A stretch of 64,000 nucleotides of DNA from Selaginella moellendorffii (Eukaryota; Plantae; Lycopodiophyta): NCBI RefSeq assembly GCF_000143415.4, contig NW_003314271.1:62001-126000 (forward strand). The letters run 5' to 3'. Below the pieces are notes generated by a model. The model was not told the origin of the DNA. It saw only the letters and a program-made list of their open reading frames with translations, and made no database searches. A program made the position numbers and the translations under genes. Of this stretch, positions 24,562 to 37,876 are shown piece by piece. Numbering within the stretch: position 1 is the stretch's first letter; each line of letters begins with the position of its first letter.

Positions 24562-25767
24562 GATCTTTAATGGCTTTTCTATACATTGCTACACTCGATC
24601 GACCGATGTTGGCGCGCATTATACGCTCACTATATAACCATTGATACGTTATACGTATTATATGGATCCATGCATTTGCTCGGATTTGGATCATATGAGA
24701 TGTTCTTCGTTCCTTCGTTCTTTGTAACATTGATTTGATAGACGAATTGGTTGTTTAAAGAAGGCTTTTGTTGTATGCAACGAAGGTGTCTATAGAAGGC
24801 TTTTCAGAGAGCTTGGTGAAAGTTGGCGATTGATTGATCAATCTTCCAATGTCGCCTGTTTGTTTGCTCGTTTTTGTTTGTTTCGTTTGGATGGTGGCGG
24901 TGATTGACATCGATTATAATTGAGTCCTTGGAACAACAGCAACACAACGCTCCAGAAGATCGTCCATGATTTCCACTTAGTTTTCTCAATCTTCTTGGAG
25001 AGATTTGACAAGACGAGGTATTCTTTGTACTCTAGCCCTCTGAGAGATCGAGTGAATCCCCGGAAAGGATTAAAATAATGCGCTTACTTTAGCGTTGATA
25101 AAGCCGTGCGCTAAACAATCACCGTCGCCCAGAGGGTACAAATCCCTGTTTGCCTTTATTGACCTCGCTCGATCCTTACTTTCTGTCTCCACATCCAGCC
25201 AACTTCATCGAGTGAAGAAACTCCAATCCTGTACATCATTCGCATCCAAGAATCGATGATCTTCCCAAGAACCAACAGTCTGGACTTTGTTTGAATGTCG
25301 GTGGCGGTGCCACGAATTCGAGAGAATCAATCTAGAGAGAACAAAGCGAGCCCGTGATTCGTTTCAATCTCCTCCTTTGACGCATACCACAAAGCAAGGA
25401 AGAAATCGCCCATGGACTTTGTCTTTGACGCAGCCTTTGTACAAAGAAACTATCTCCTTTTTTGCTCTCTTTTCTTCTACTTTCTCCCCTTTTCTTCCTC
25501 GACCCAGAAGCTTCTGAAAAAAGACCAATATCAAACCTTTTTCTTTCGAGTGAATGAATGAACGCTGCCGAGTGAGAACCCTAGAAAATGTTTGTCATAA
25601 ATGCTCTGCCACCTTTTCGTTGTTTCGTTCTTTTCTTTGCATCAAATTGCTTTTCTTCTTTTGCTCTGCCATGCCCGCAACTACCATCTTATTCGCGGTA
25701 CTTTGGATTGAATTCTCGTCCAGAGATCTTTAGGTGATCTTGGAGAGCGCCATCGCTAGCCCTCTTC

Positions 25768-27002
25768 ATGGGTGGGAAGCAATCCTCTTCTTCTACTTCG
25801 TGCTATAACGAGAAGAGGAAGCTCCGCAAAGGATTGTGGTCGCCCGAGGAAGACGAGAAGCTGGTGCAATGCATCACAAAGTTTGGGCATGGCTCATGGA
25901 GCAATGTTCCCAGACAAGCTGGTGATTCTCATTTCTACATTTTTCTTCTATCAATCCCTCCACGATTTCTTCTCTTCGTGCTCCAAGTTCATTGCTTCGT
26001 GTTGTGCGCATAAATTGTCGAATCTCTCTCTTATCGTTTCTTTAGTTTTTAATTCCCTTCAATGGTTTTGGAATGAACTTGGTCGAGACAGGTTACATTT
26101 TCTTCTTTCTAATCTTTGATTGATCGATCGATCGGCACAGGATTGGATCGCTGCGGCAAGAGCTGCCGGCTTCGATGGATAAACTACCTTCGCCCTGACT
26201 TGAAACGAGGTGGTTTTGGCGAGCACGAAGAGCAACTCATCATCGATCTCCATGCCATCGTTGGTAACAGGTCGATTCAATCTCAAAATCAATGTCTTTG
26301 GACTTGACTTTCGCTTGAATTTGTTGTGGCAGATGGTCACACATTGCCCGGCAACTGCCCGGAAGAACAGACAACGAGATAAAAAACTTCTGGAACTCGG
26401 TGATCAAGAAGAAACTACGGAAGATGGGCATCGACCCAAAAACTCACGCGCAGATCACGTCACCCTCGATGACCTCGCCACAATTCAGCAGCAGTGAGCT
26501 CATTATCACCGATGATCATCAGCAGAGTTTCGACGACCCCTCGGGTGTCATAAGCAGCTTCATGAATCACGCTCCATTCTCATTCCAACAAGATCATCAA
26601 GATCCTTCCACTTGTGCCACCAGCAATCTTGTCGTGCTGCATGGCTCCTCGTCCGGATCCCGCGATCAAGAGCTTGCTGGAGCCTCGAGCTCGGCTCTAG
26701 TCGATCATCGATTTTACGACCCAGCAGAAGCAATGGATTACAACTGCGCGGATTTCAACCAGGGTGGTGATGAACGCCATGTGAATCAAGATTCGTCTTT
26801 GCCCGCCATGTCATGCACTGTACAAAGTTTAGCATACACCGGAGATTTTCCAGGCGAGGCTTTGCTCTCGCCGCCTCTCCTGGATTGCTTCCATCGCGAA
26901 GAGCAGCACGAAGACGAGCAACCATTTGTTCTTCCCGCAAATGCCACTAGCTACAACGCAGGGGAGTATTATCCCCTTGGCTTTCACCAGGCATTCATGT
27001 GA
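25768..27002 (+). CDS. R2R3-MYB transcription factor #2, 3 exons
   Basis: [54 protein letters not shown]. Same intron positions as #1. Confidence 0.93.
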
Positions 27003-27361
27003 TTACAAGTTGATACAAAATCTATAAACTCGGCTCAGATTTAAGCTTGTAAATTCACGAGAATACATAAAAAAAAGCTAGTTTGTCACAAAGTATAAAT
27101 CTCTATCACTCCAGTGTCTAGCCTTTTCCGTTTGCGTTGGACTGTTTTGTGTAGTGGCAAAGTACCCAAAACGTTCACAGCCAAGAACTTGTGATCGGCT
27201 TAGAGTCTAGAGCTCCAATAACGTATATTACAGACAACATGGAGAAATAAAAATGTAGTCACATGGTTTTATTTGTCGAGCTCGATCGAGTGAATGAATG
27301 GATGGTATACATGTATGTGTGCCTGTGTAAGTAAAATTTATATACATTTTCTTTTCATCAC

Positions 27362-28973
27362 TCACATGTGTTGTAGCGCCGCTGCCAAGGATGACTGCCA
27401 ATCGGAAGCCGCCAGCTCGGACTTGATGCCGGAATCAAAACTTGGAATCTTTGACGCGGTGGTGGCGCCGCCACCTCCTCCGCCACCACCGCCGAACGTA
27501 AAACCCATGCCACTGTCAAACTGCGTTGACCTGCTCTGACCGTCGTTCGTCAGCGCAAAGTCAACGGCCGCCAGATCGTAAGGCTGTTGCTGGTGCTGCT
27601 GATACTGCGGGTGATGGTGGTGGTGGTGATCAAAGGAAGCCACCGCTGGCGGCGATGCATCGCAGATTTGATACATGAAATTGGATCCGGTGTGAGTAGC
27701 GAAAGCGTTGTTGTAATTCAAATGCACGATGGCCGGAAGAACAGCGCCAGTGGTGCTCCCGGGGAATTGCTGCCTCATCTCATCCCCCTGGTGCTCCTCC
27801 CCTGCCGGATTCCCATCGAAAGTACTAGTACTTGAGCGATGATCAAAGTCTGGATTGTAGCTGCCGCGGCCTGATGGAGTACTAGCCCAGTGATTATCCG
27901 GTCTCATGCTTTGCAGTGGGCTCGAGAAGATCGCTTCGTTAGCACTGTGACTGGCTACTGGAACTAGAGGTGAGTGATCTTCCACGCCGGGCCTGGTGAT
28001 CATCCACTCGTTGTAAATCCTGGAATCCCTCGACACGTTGCTCAAATCGGAGAAGTTCCTCAACAGAATTCTCGCAGCTCCTCCTCCTCCTTCTGAATTC
28101 ACCACTCCAGGCGATGCAAGTGGATTGACGACGCTCCTGGAGTTGCAGCTCTCGTGGTGATTGATTTGCAGCTCGCCAACCAGTGCTGGATTGCGGAGGA
28201 GTTTGGTGTCGGAGAAGCTGCGGCCCAAGCGAGGATGGGCTTCGAGATTGATGTTGTAGGGGTAGAGCTTGGAGGATTTGAGGTCGCTGTGATCGCCCGG
28301 TTGGGACTGCGAGGACTCGGACTCGGCGGAGCCGGATTTGAAGGAAGAGATGTCGTCGCAGGGAGGGAACTGTGGCAAATTCTTGCCGATGCTCGAGCCC
28401 GCCGCGTCGTTCATTATGGGCTTGTGAGTCTTTGGGTCTATCCCCAGGCGCTTGAGCTTCTTCTTGATGCACGAGTTCCAAAAGTTTTTTATCTCATTGT
28501 CGGTGCGGCCGGGGAGCTGTGTAGCGATTTGCGACCACCTTGAAACAAGAAGGAAACTTTAGCAAGCTTTTGCAAAAAAAGTTGTTTTGAAACTTGGAGG
28601 AGTTTCATGGTGTCTTGGGATACTAACCTGTTGCCAACGATCGCATGAAGATCGATGATGAGTTTCTCCTCTTGAAGCGAGAAAGCACCGCGCTTGAGAT
28701 CGGGGCGGAGGTAATTCTTCCATCTCAATCTGCAGCTTTTCCCGCATCTCTCCAGTCCTGTTGGATCGGAATTGGGCCAGGAAAACGCAAAGAAAATATC
28801 CATCTTGGCTTTAGAGAATGGAAGCTTTTCATTTCCTTACCAGCAAGCCGAGGTACATTGCTCCAGCAGCCATGGCCGTAAGTGGTGATGCACTTGACAA
28901 GCTTCTCGTCTTCCTCGGGCGACCACAAACCTTTGCGAAGCTTTTGTTTCTGGCAACACGAGTGTCGCCCCAT
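27362..28973 (-). CDS. R2R3-MYB transcription factor #3, 3 exons, convergent with #2
   Basis: [73 protein letters not shown]. Confidence 0.93.
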
Positions 28974-30879
28974 GCGACGGGGGAAACTGGTTACGAGAAA
29001 ATAGAAAAAGTGAAGAAAAAGAAGGAAAAAAACAGATTATTGCAGAAGAAGGAACAACTTCGCGAAAGAGAAGAAATAAAGTATAAAAAAGGAAAGCTCG
29101 GTGCAAGCAAAGGACCAAAGGACTGAAGGACACACACTATAAGTTTTACTTGCTTGCTTCACTCCTAAAGGCTGGAAGAGAATGAGAGAATGTGTGCATG
29201 CATCAACTGGAGACTGGAGCGCAGCAGCTCCAACAAACGAAATCGGAGATCTTTCCAGAGACAATTCCAGTTGCTCAGTGCAGCAGCAGTAGCAGCAGTG
29301 GGCAGCGCTGCACAGAATTTATAAGCGCAAGCTTTCACTAGGCATTTCTCCTGGGAAGTCTGCGCTGCGAGAGGAAGGAGAAGAGGAAAAAGAGGAAAAA
29401 GAAGAGTGAAAATGGAGCAATTTCTCGTTGAGCACTGGCCACTTTCACCAGATTGACGACTGCTATCGTCATAAGCAGCGAGATCCAGGAGGCGCTGGAG
29501 GAGACTTCCGTGCAGGACTTACAGAGCTTAGGCGAGAATTTGGAGGAGTGATGGCGTTGGAGAAGCTTGTTTGCATCATTGTCAGGATGCCTTTCGTCGG
29601 CGCTGGCAGCGCCGGTGAGCACTGGCGATCGAAGCGCACATCCAAATCGCAGACTTGAATTGCAGCGTAAGGACAAAGATTGCATGCACATGCTGCTGCT
29701 GGCGGAATGGAGAAATCAAAAACAAACGCGGGCGCAATTAAACCCTAACCCCAAGAGCCCTAATTTACAGCGCGGGAATGTGGGGACCATGCACACGTGG
29801 ATCACTTAAACCACACATGGGCCACGTACGGCAGTGGTGGCCCATTTCTTTGTGTACCGCCACCTTTTTCCTATTTCTGTAGCGTGTCTAATGGAGAGCC
29901 TCACATCTAGACCCAAAGAATTTATATGCTTTGATACAAAATATCCGAGAGTTTTCCTTCGTAGAAATATGTACTTGTATCTGTCGTTTTGCCTTGGATC
30001 TCACGAAAGAGAGACTTATTAACGGGGTTTTAGGGTTTAGGGCTAGAATATTTTGCTCGTGAGTTGGGTGGTCGCGCTTCATGCATTTAGACGCTCCCGT
30101 CAATATCATGCATGCGTGCCCGGAGAGATGTATTTCTTGTTATGGATGTCTTTCGCGCATTGGCACCGGAAAGATTCGAACCGGGGCCGCCACGCTCCTT
30201 TTTTCTTGTTCACCTCTCTCCCTCAGGGGAGGGGAAAAAAGAAGCAAGAATACAAGGTGGAGCAAAAGATTGGAATATGTGTGCCTTCTTCTTGCCTGAC
30301 ACAATGTAGGCCCCAAGAAGACACCACCTTTTCCTTTAAAGAGAAAATACAAGATAAGAACTTCACAGGGCTTTGTAAGTATGAATTCCAGAGATTCGAC
30401 AGAGAAGTCTTGTGGAATAGATTATACAAGAGATTAATCCATTTACCATGCAATTTTGGGTTTGACAAAAGAGGGGTCTCTGAAGAAAAAACCGTAAAGG
30501 AATCAATGACGATGTTGATGACGGTTGTTGATCTCTGGGCCTTTATGAGACGATTTAAAGCCTTTTTTTTTCCACCACTGGCTTGCAGATGAGAGATTTC
30601 TCTCGTCCATCTGACGGCATTGCACAAGGTGGTACGGGGAAATTATAGAGCATATTGACGAGGAGAACAACAGGTTGGGATCATAAAAGCGCTCCAAGAC
30701 TTACTACAAGCTTTCTTTCCCCTCCTGGGCAATGAAATGAAACTCTCTCCTCTCGGCATTCTGTATGTAACACAAGACGTACTGGGAAGATGGAGCATCA
30801 AATCAGTCTGTCTCAGCTTTTTAGTTGTTTGTATGTTTCTGTATTTTGGATGGATATATTTTGAATTCAGAAGTTCAGA

Positions 30880-32930
30880 ATAAAAAGTGTTTTTCAATTT
30901 TCTATTTTATTGCTTTAAACACCATACTGTTTCTATCTAGTAAGCGCATAAGGCCGATTTTTAAAGAAGAATGAAAATGAAGAAAATGTTATATGATAGA
31001 TTTCCTCTGTTATCCAAAGTGTTAAACATGATACACGTTTATGAATATTTTAATTGCTTAAAAACAAGAAATATTGCAGAAGTTCTTCAACTCAAGATCT
31101 TGATAAAAATCTATAACTTGTTTCAGTTAACAATTTCAACGACACTTCAGAATAAACGATATAAAACATTTCACAGCTTTGTTACAAACATATCCTGATA
31201 GTTCTAGACCTGAAACTTTAAAAGTTGTTCTGAGCTAAGTAAAATGCCAAGAAGAATCTAAATACAAAAGTGGAATGTATTCCAATTTTGAGTATAACAT
31301 TACACATAAAGGACCTTTGGATATTCCTAAATTTATCCTGACTATAAACTCTTCTGATTCAAACCGTGTGTCTTGTTTCCGAGCCTTACCTTAATTCAAA
31401 TTCCAACTGCAATTAGGGCGCATTAGGGTGGACCTTCAACTTTGGACTATTGTGTTTTCTAAAATATGAAATTAAGTTCCTTACAAAATCATGGAAAGAT
31501 ATGCCTCCAACTTCAACTTTGGACTATTGTATTTTTCTAAAATATGAAATGATTGCATAAGTTCCTTACAAAATCATGTAAAAATATGCCTCTAATGCTG
31601 TGCATTCTAGGTAATGAGGCATTAAGAGTTGGATTTTGATTTCTGAAGGTCTTTGTTTAGGTAGTGCTTCAAAGTGTGATGATGTATCAATGAGACTTTG
31701 TATTTGCAAATGCTTCTTCCCCAAAACAATTTGTTTAGCATTGCAAAAAACAAATTAAAATATTAATATAAGGTTTTCCTTTTTATAAATCCAATATGAA
31801 TTTTTTTATTAAAATTTTCAAACAATAAACCATGATTTCTGCTGCACAGCTATATAATTTTAGGATGATTATGAAATACTTTAAGCTAATATTTATTTAT
31901 AATTTTTAAATATTCTTAAATTAAGTATTTTACATATTTTATAATGATGGAAGGATGAGATTTAAGTGAGAAAATAATTTTTTAATAACAAATGAAGCTA
32001 TTTTATTTGTTCTCGAGTAAGATGTATTCTTTAATTTTAAAATAATATTTCTCTAATTTTGATATTATTCTAATTGATTAAACAGATTTAGAGTTTTTTA
32101 ATACTCAAATTAAGTAATGAAAATAACATCAAAATGGGAATTTTTATTTTATCTTGTTTTACACTTTATTTATATATAATTTTATTCTTTATTAGAAGTG
32201 TGAGTGCATGGAATATAAAACTTTGCATATTCAATTAGCCCAAAAAGTTTAGTTTATAAAGTAGTCCAAATTGAAACCATTCCAATATCCCATTACACTA
32301 ATAATTGTATATAATATCGTAGCTATGGATCTCATATCATCCTCTTCTCTTTGAAGGATAAATGGTAATTAAGGTTTTATGGTTGATGTGAAGGAATATA
32401 AAGAAGAAACACTAATGAATATATAAGTAATGCCACTTATTCTTAATCTTTTTGTATGAAGTGCTTGAGTTATTACATATGTATAATTTCTATAGAATTA
32501 ACTTGTTGAATGTCATACTGAACCTTATAAATTTAAGGTCTAACTTGCTTTAATGTTTGATAAGGTTCCCTTCATTAACTAAGGAGTCCTTTATATAAAT
32601 TATGTATCGTGAAATTGGGAAAATAAATTAACATTAGATTATCCATTTTATACTTTGCAAATGAATGATGATGAAAGTTGTAATGCTACTATTATCCTAT
32701 TTAGATGTGTTATAATTGATGTAGATTTAAATACTCCCATCAAAATTCATCACAAAATGAAGTTCATATACCTGAAACTAATTTGATGACTATCAAGATT
32801 TTATTGCACTAATGATAATATGGCATTGTAACTATATCACTAATGATAATAAATAATAATATATTTATTTGAGACAATTATTTAAAAATCATGACTAGAT
32901 GCTGTTAACCATACAAATAAATATATAATG
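30880..32930. other. Very AT-rich ~2-kb island, probably non-autonomous TE-derived
   Basis: Abrupt composition shift with no credible ORFs. Confidence 0.5.
31434..31595 (+). repeat. Tandem duplication of ~77-85 bp
   Basis: CTTCAACTTTGGACTATTGT...AAGTTCCTTACAAAATCATG...ATATGCCTC at 31434 and 31511. Confidence 0.85.
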
Positions 32931-32945
32931 GTTAACTTTGAACTA

Positions 32946-33734
32946 TCAATACAGATACTCACCTCTAACAAAGGTTGTGACATACGAGGGCCTTACCCGG
33001 TTACACCGAGGCACAGGTTGCGAGCACGGGGGTACACCGTCGCGGCCAAAAGTCTTCTCCACGTATACCTTGAGCTCCCTCTCGATTTTCGCCGACAGCT
33101 CGAACTGATCCTGCTTGTTGAGGCAATTGATAATGGTCCTGTAGGTGCGAACGTTGGGGGGAGCCTCCGATTCCTTCATCATCTCGAACACCTTGAGCGC
33201 ATCTCGGAAACGCCCCGACCCAACGAAGATGTCGATCACTTCCGTGAACATGGCAATGTGAGGCTCGGCTTTCTCTTGCTTGATCGTTTCGAAGAGCGAG
33301 TAGACGCCTTCGACCCTCCCGTTCCTCGCGAGAGACTTGAGCATGTCTCGGTAGAGTGGAACGCTGGGTTTGTACCAGACTTCCTTGCGTGCTCGCTCAA
33401 AAACCTGTAACACCATCTAGATCATCAAAGCCAAGAAGAGAACGAGAAAACAAGGACTTACTTGGAAAGCTAGATCCACTTCGTCGTGTCGCTGGAGCGC
33501 ATGTAGCAGCGCCAATAGATCCAACTTGACAAGCCGGCCGACTTTGGAAGCGAGCACCTCTTGGAGCGCTTTTGAATCTCGCTTGGCCAGTTTCAAAGCT
33601 GCCGCGGCTTGCAACGCCTCAGAGCCGAGATCTTTCTTCCCTCTCCACAGAGGGGCTCGTAGCAGCGATCTCTGTGAAAATGTAGCATACCCAGATACCT
33701 GCGTTTTGCTCCCAGCAATGATCTTGAGCAGCAT
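32946..33734 (-). CDS. Short P-class PPR protein, THA8-like, 2 exons
   Basis: PLWRGKK.LGSEALQA, RLVKLDLLALL..LQR, VF...RKEVWYKP..PLYRDML, followed by PPR repeats. Confidence 0.85.
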
Positions 33735-33880
33735 CCCGTGGAACCCTAGTAGAAACTCTGGTGTGAGAGGGGGGAAAAAGGACTATACATTCGATAAGTT
33801 AGTACAATTGGAAACCGAGCAAAGCTCACCCTGGAGCAGACAAAATGCGTTTTCTTCTTGGTTCTAGAAAAGGAGACCCT

Positions 33881-35716
33881 CTACTTGATTGTGTAGCGAA
33901 GGTGCTGCTCGTAGAAATCGATCAACTGCAACGAGCAGTCAAGCGAGAGTAAAAAAATGTAAATTTTGATCGATAAAACGTACCAAAAGTGGGAAATGCT
34001 GCCTCAAAAACTTGTTATCCACCACCATCTCTTTGCCATCCGACCTGTAGTAATAAGTTAGAAAATACCGAGAGAAGAGAAACAAAAGAATCAAACCTTA
34101 GCGTGCTGAAGAGGACCAAAACTTCTTGCTTGTCGTTCTTGATGGAGCTCGAGTAGCTGAGCGGCTTTAAAATCTTGACGACCGGGACGAAGTTCGCTGA
34201 TTTGGACGACGAAAGCTTCTGGACCCGCTCCGGGGAGGAGAACGCCCTCTTGGTGATGTCCGAGCCTGGAAACGACGACCGATACTCCTGGAGTTGCATT
34301 TTCTCCGCCATTGTTCCTGACATTGCCGCGGCTCGTATGGTGAAACCGCCGTCGGGCGTCTTCTTCACTTCCTCGTAGAGGTGAGCGTTCTCGGAGTCTT
34401 TCTCAGGCAGCGGTGCCTTCGTGTCCTTCGTTTCGGACAGCTTCACTCGACGGACAGTCCCTGCCTTTCTCTTCTTAGCTCCCGTGCACCGGCTGCTTCT
34501 ACCCGTGTTGATCGTGTCTTCCGGCACCTCAGCCACATCTGGCTCATTGATAACGTGCTTCTCGACAGTAACTTCCGGAGAGCCGCTCGCCAGCACGCTT
34601 TCGTCGCAGATCACCGAGCTTGACACCATCACCTTCTCATGGTTGTCGTTAAGCTCGGCCTCGACGACTTGTTTGTCAACCGGCGTAGAAATGGAGTCGC
34701 CAGGCTGCTTGCTTTTGTCTTCCTCCGAGTTAAGTTTGTTTGAGTCTCCGACTTCCGTTGTCGCGGCCAGCATCGTCGTCTCGTCGTCAACTTCGTTGCC
34801 GCTGGGAGAGAAGTTCTCGGGATCGTCACCGAAGCTTTCGGGGTCGCCACCGGGAAAATTGAGAAGAGTTTCGGCCGCCTCTGCCGCTGGTGAGCCCGTA
34901 CCATTGGTTACATTCGCAGCAACATCGTTGTCCGACCTCAGGCTACCGTCTATCGAGGAAGAAACGGCCGACTGACTTGCCTCGCTCGCCGAGAAACTCG
35001 CAAGCTTCTTCTTCCGAGCTGAAGCATTGGAACCACCTCTCTTCCGCTTTCCACCATTCGTTTTCCTGCACACCAACCTACATCAGCTCTCGCTCGCAAG
35101 ACCTCAAAAGGAAAAAGTTTCACTTACCTCCTCTCAAAATCTTCTACAATGTCCTGGCACTGCTCTAGGTGCTCGAATGGCTCCCAGGTATTGACGCTTT
35201 CAGGCCAGCCTCGCCTAAACAGACAAACAGAGAAAAACCGAAAAGGAAAAACGAGGATGAACATAGTGTCGATAAAGAGAGAGGAAAAACTTACCATTTT
35301 ATGAGATACTGTGGCTTTCCCTGAAAACACGAAAGTCTCAGTTTCAGATCTTCCAGAGCGGGAAAAAAAAGAAGTACCTTTCTTATCCTCCTCTTACGTA
35401 TCGCTTCCACCTCGTAAAAGCCCTCTCTCAGATTTTTCCCGCTCGGCTCCTCTCCGCGAGGCTCTTCGTCTTCCTTTTTCCCTTCTTCGTCTTCGTCTTC
35501 GTCTTCTTCTCCCCTAGCTTCCAGCGTTTGCTCGCTCGCAGCAGCTCCACTGGCGATAATCACAAGCTCTTCTTGAGCCGGACCATTCCCGGCAATTAGC
35601 TGAACTTCGGCTGCTTCCATCGGCACCTCCTCGCAGCCCTGGCCATTTCGTTCTTCCGCGGCTCCATCACCGTCGCCCTGATCCAAGCAGCCCGAGAGCT
35701 CGCCCGCATTCTTCAT
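33881..35716 (-). CDS. LHP1: Chromodomain plus chromo-shadow protein LIKE HETEROCHROMATIN PROTEIN 1
   Basis: Acidic N-terminus, chromodomain [37 protein letters not shown], shadow domain VVKILKP...RSDGKEMVVDNKFL...LLIDFYEQHLRY. Confidence 0.92.
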
Positions 35717-36353
35717 TGCGGCTGCCGGAGCTCGCCGGAGCTCTCGGCGCAACCCTACGCGAGGCCTACCTCGTGGAATGGAGAATCAGGGCGCCATGGA
35801 ATCCAAGCTCCTCCCCGCATAGCTCCTCTTGCCCTAAGTTTTGGGAAGTAAAATCTTGGACTTTTAAATTTTCTCCTGGAGCAATCCAGGCCGTTGAATT
35901 TCGCACGATCCCGATGCCTGATTTAGCCTAACTAGGTGGCTTGTACTAAATAGACGCTAACCCTAATAAACTATCTTAAACTAAAGGTATCTTAAGGCCA
36001 GCCCTAAATCTTTGTCTTTGTTTTGGCACCTTTTTAAGGCTCCTTTTTAAGTTTTAATTTAAGAAAGCATAAGGAATCTCTGGTCTATCCATCTAACTTA
36101 TTTAAAGGCCTTTTAGTAGTGTCCACAACTTTGGAGCTCCACTTTGTTTGTGGGTTGGCTTGTTGACTGCCACGATCGCGCAATTCAATGACCTTTCGCG
36201 AAGAATCCAATCACGAAGAGGAAGTAGAGAAAGAAAAGAGACCAAACACCAAAAGAAAGAATTGTTACATGAGAGTCACTATCGATCTGGGCGAATCCTC
36301 TAGTTGTAGATAAGATGATGGAGATAGATGCGATTGATCTTCCGTCGTGTTCT

Positions 36354-37501
36354 TCAGGGAGAAGAGGCCGGAGTGGCGAGTGTGAGCTCGAGCCTGTCCA
36401 CGATCCTGACGGCGGCGTCTCCCAGATTGTGGGCAAGAACAGATCCTCCAGGCGGCGGCGGTGGCGGCGAGACGACCTCGCCATTGTTGCTACTGTTGTT
36501 AAACACGACTCCACACATACTCGAGCAAGGGGAAGATTGCGTCCCTCCTTGCCGGTGATGGATCGGGGAAGAATCGCACTGGTTGTGATTGAGATTGATC
36601 TGGTGCTGCTGCTGGTGTTGCGGCTGCTGGCGCGGTGGAAATGGAGGAAGCTGGTGCTGATTGGCGGCGAAATTGGCGTAGCCATAGTTTGGAGTGACCG
36701 ATCCCGAGTAGTCCGGAGTGGCGGAGCCCGAGAACCAATTCGAAGATCCAGCGCTGCCCCCGACTCGCATCCCATTCACCCATCTCCCAGTGCTCTCGCG
36801 ATACCGGCTCCAGAACTCGAGCGCCGAGTAGTCCGAGTCGCCCACGTCCGACACCGGTGTGTCGCAGCCACCATCGCCGCCGCCACCGCCGCCGCCAGTA
36901 CCGCGCGGCACCGACGACGTCATAAACGTCGGCGTGACGCACGCGTTGTCCCAGTCGGGCTTGAGTGACGCGGCGGTGCCCGCGGCGGCCGCGCGGGGCG
37001 AGTCCAGCGGCGGCGTCACGGGGGCGCTGTGGTGCCAGTGTAGCGGCGGGAGCCCCGCGGTAGCGGCGCCGCCGGGATTGCTCGGTCCCCCATTCGTGGA
37101 GAGCCCGTTTAGCCAGCCGATGAGCGACGATCTCTCGGTGAGCGCGCGGTACGAGGAGGAGGTGGGGCTGGCGGGGGCGGAGGCGCACGCGTCCAGTCTC
37201 TCCATCGGCCTGGATCCCTGGAGCGAGACCCCATTTTAGAGATCGAACAACACGAACAACAGGAAGAACACGAAGAACACGATACCTTTCGATACGTGGT
37301 GCCATCGTCCTCCACAACCCATCCCGCCTCGCGGCACAGCGCCTTGAGCACCTCATTGTTGTCGCAGTGCTTGGGGAGGTTGTAATTCCCCAGCTGCCGC
37401 AGCCCATTGAAGATCTTGGCAGCTATGGCGCGCCGCCGCCGCTCCCGCCGCTTGTTGTTCTCGCGCTCCCGGAATGTGGGTGTTCTCGACCCCGAGGTCA
37501 T
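36354..37501 (-). CDS. BES1/BZR1-family transcription factor, 2 exons
   Basis: [72 protein letters not shown] and C-terminal EAR-like LELTL. Confidence 0.95.
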
Positions 37502-37524
37502 CGCCCAAATCCTCCTTCTCGCCC

Positions 37525-37550
37525 TCTCCTCTCTCTCTCTCTCTCTCTCT
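37525..37550. repeat. (CT/GA)n microsatellite in the BES1-like 5' region
   Basis: CTCTCTCT tract just upstream of the ATG. Confidence 0.7.
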
Positions 37551-37876
37551 GATCGATCGATCGCTCAATCCATTTCCAGCACCATCGCCATCGCCCTCGG
37601 CATTCCTAGCATGATCTGGGCGAGCATTCTACACGAAAGATTCTTTCCCATTTCTTCTCAGGCGCCTTTCGGAGTGCTCGGAGACACACACCCAACTACA
37701 CGACAGCCGCCACGTGGACATTAATCCCCGCCCTCGTGGCACACCCCGTGCTTTATGACATGGGCGGGGCACACACACGTATGGCTCGCACGCTCCCCTG
37801 ACATGACGTGTAATCGATTACACACGTCAGCAGCACGTGAGGAACGGCCCACTCCCCCACCACCACGTGTCCGTTG

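Noticed and set aside
29338-30897. Assorted 60-180-aa ORFs upstream of MYB #3
   Set aside because: No motifs or splice-consistent structure; treated as promoter or intergenic DNA.
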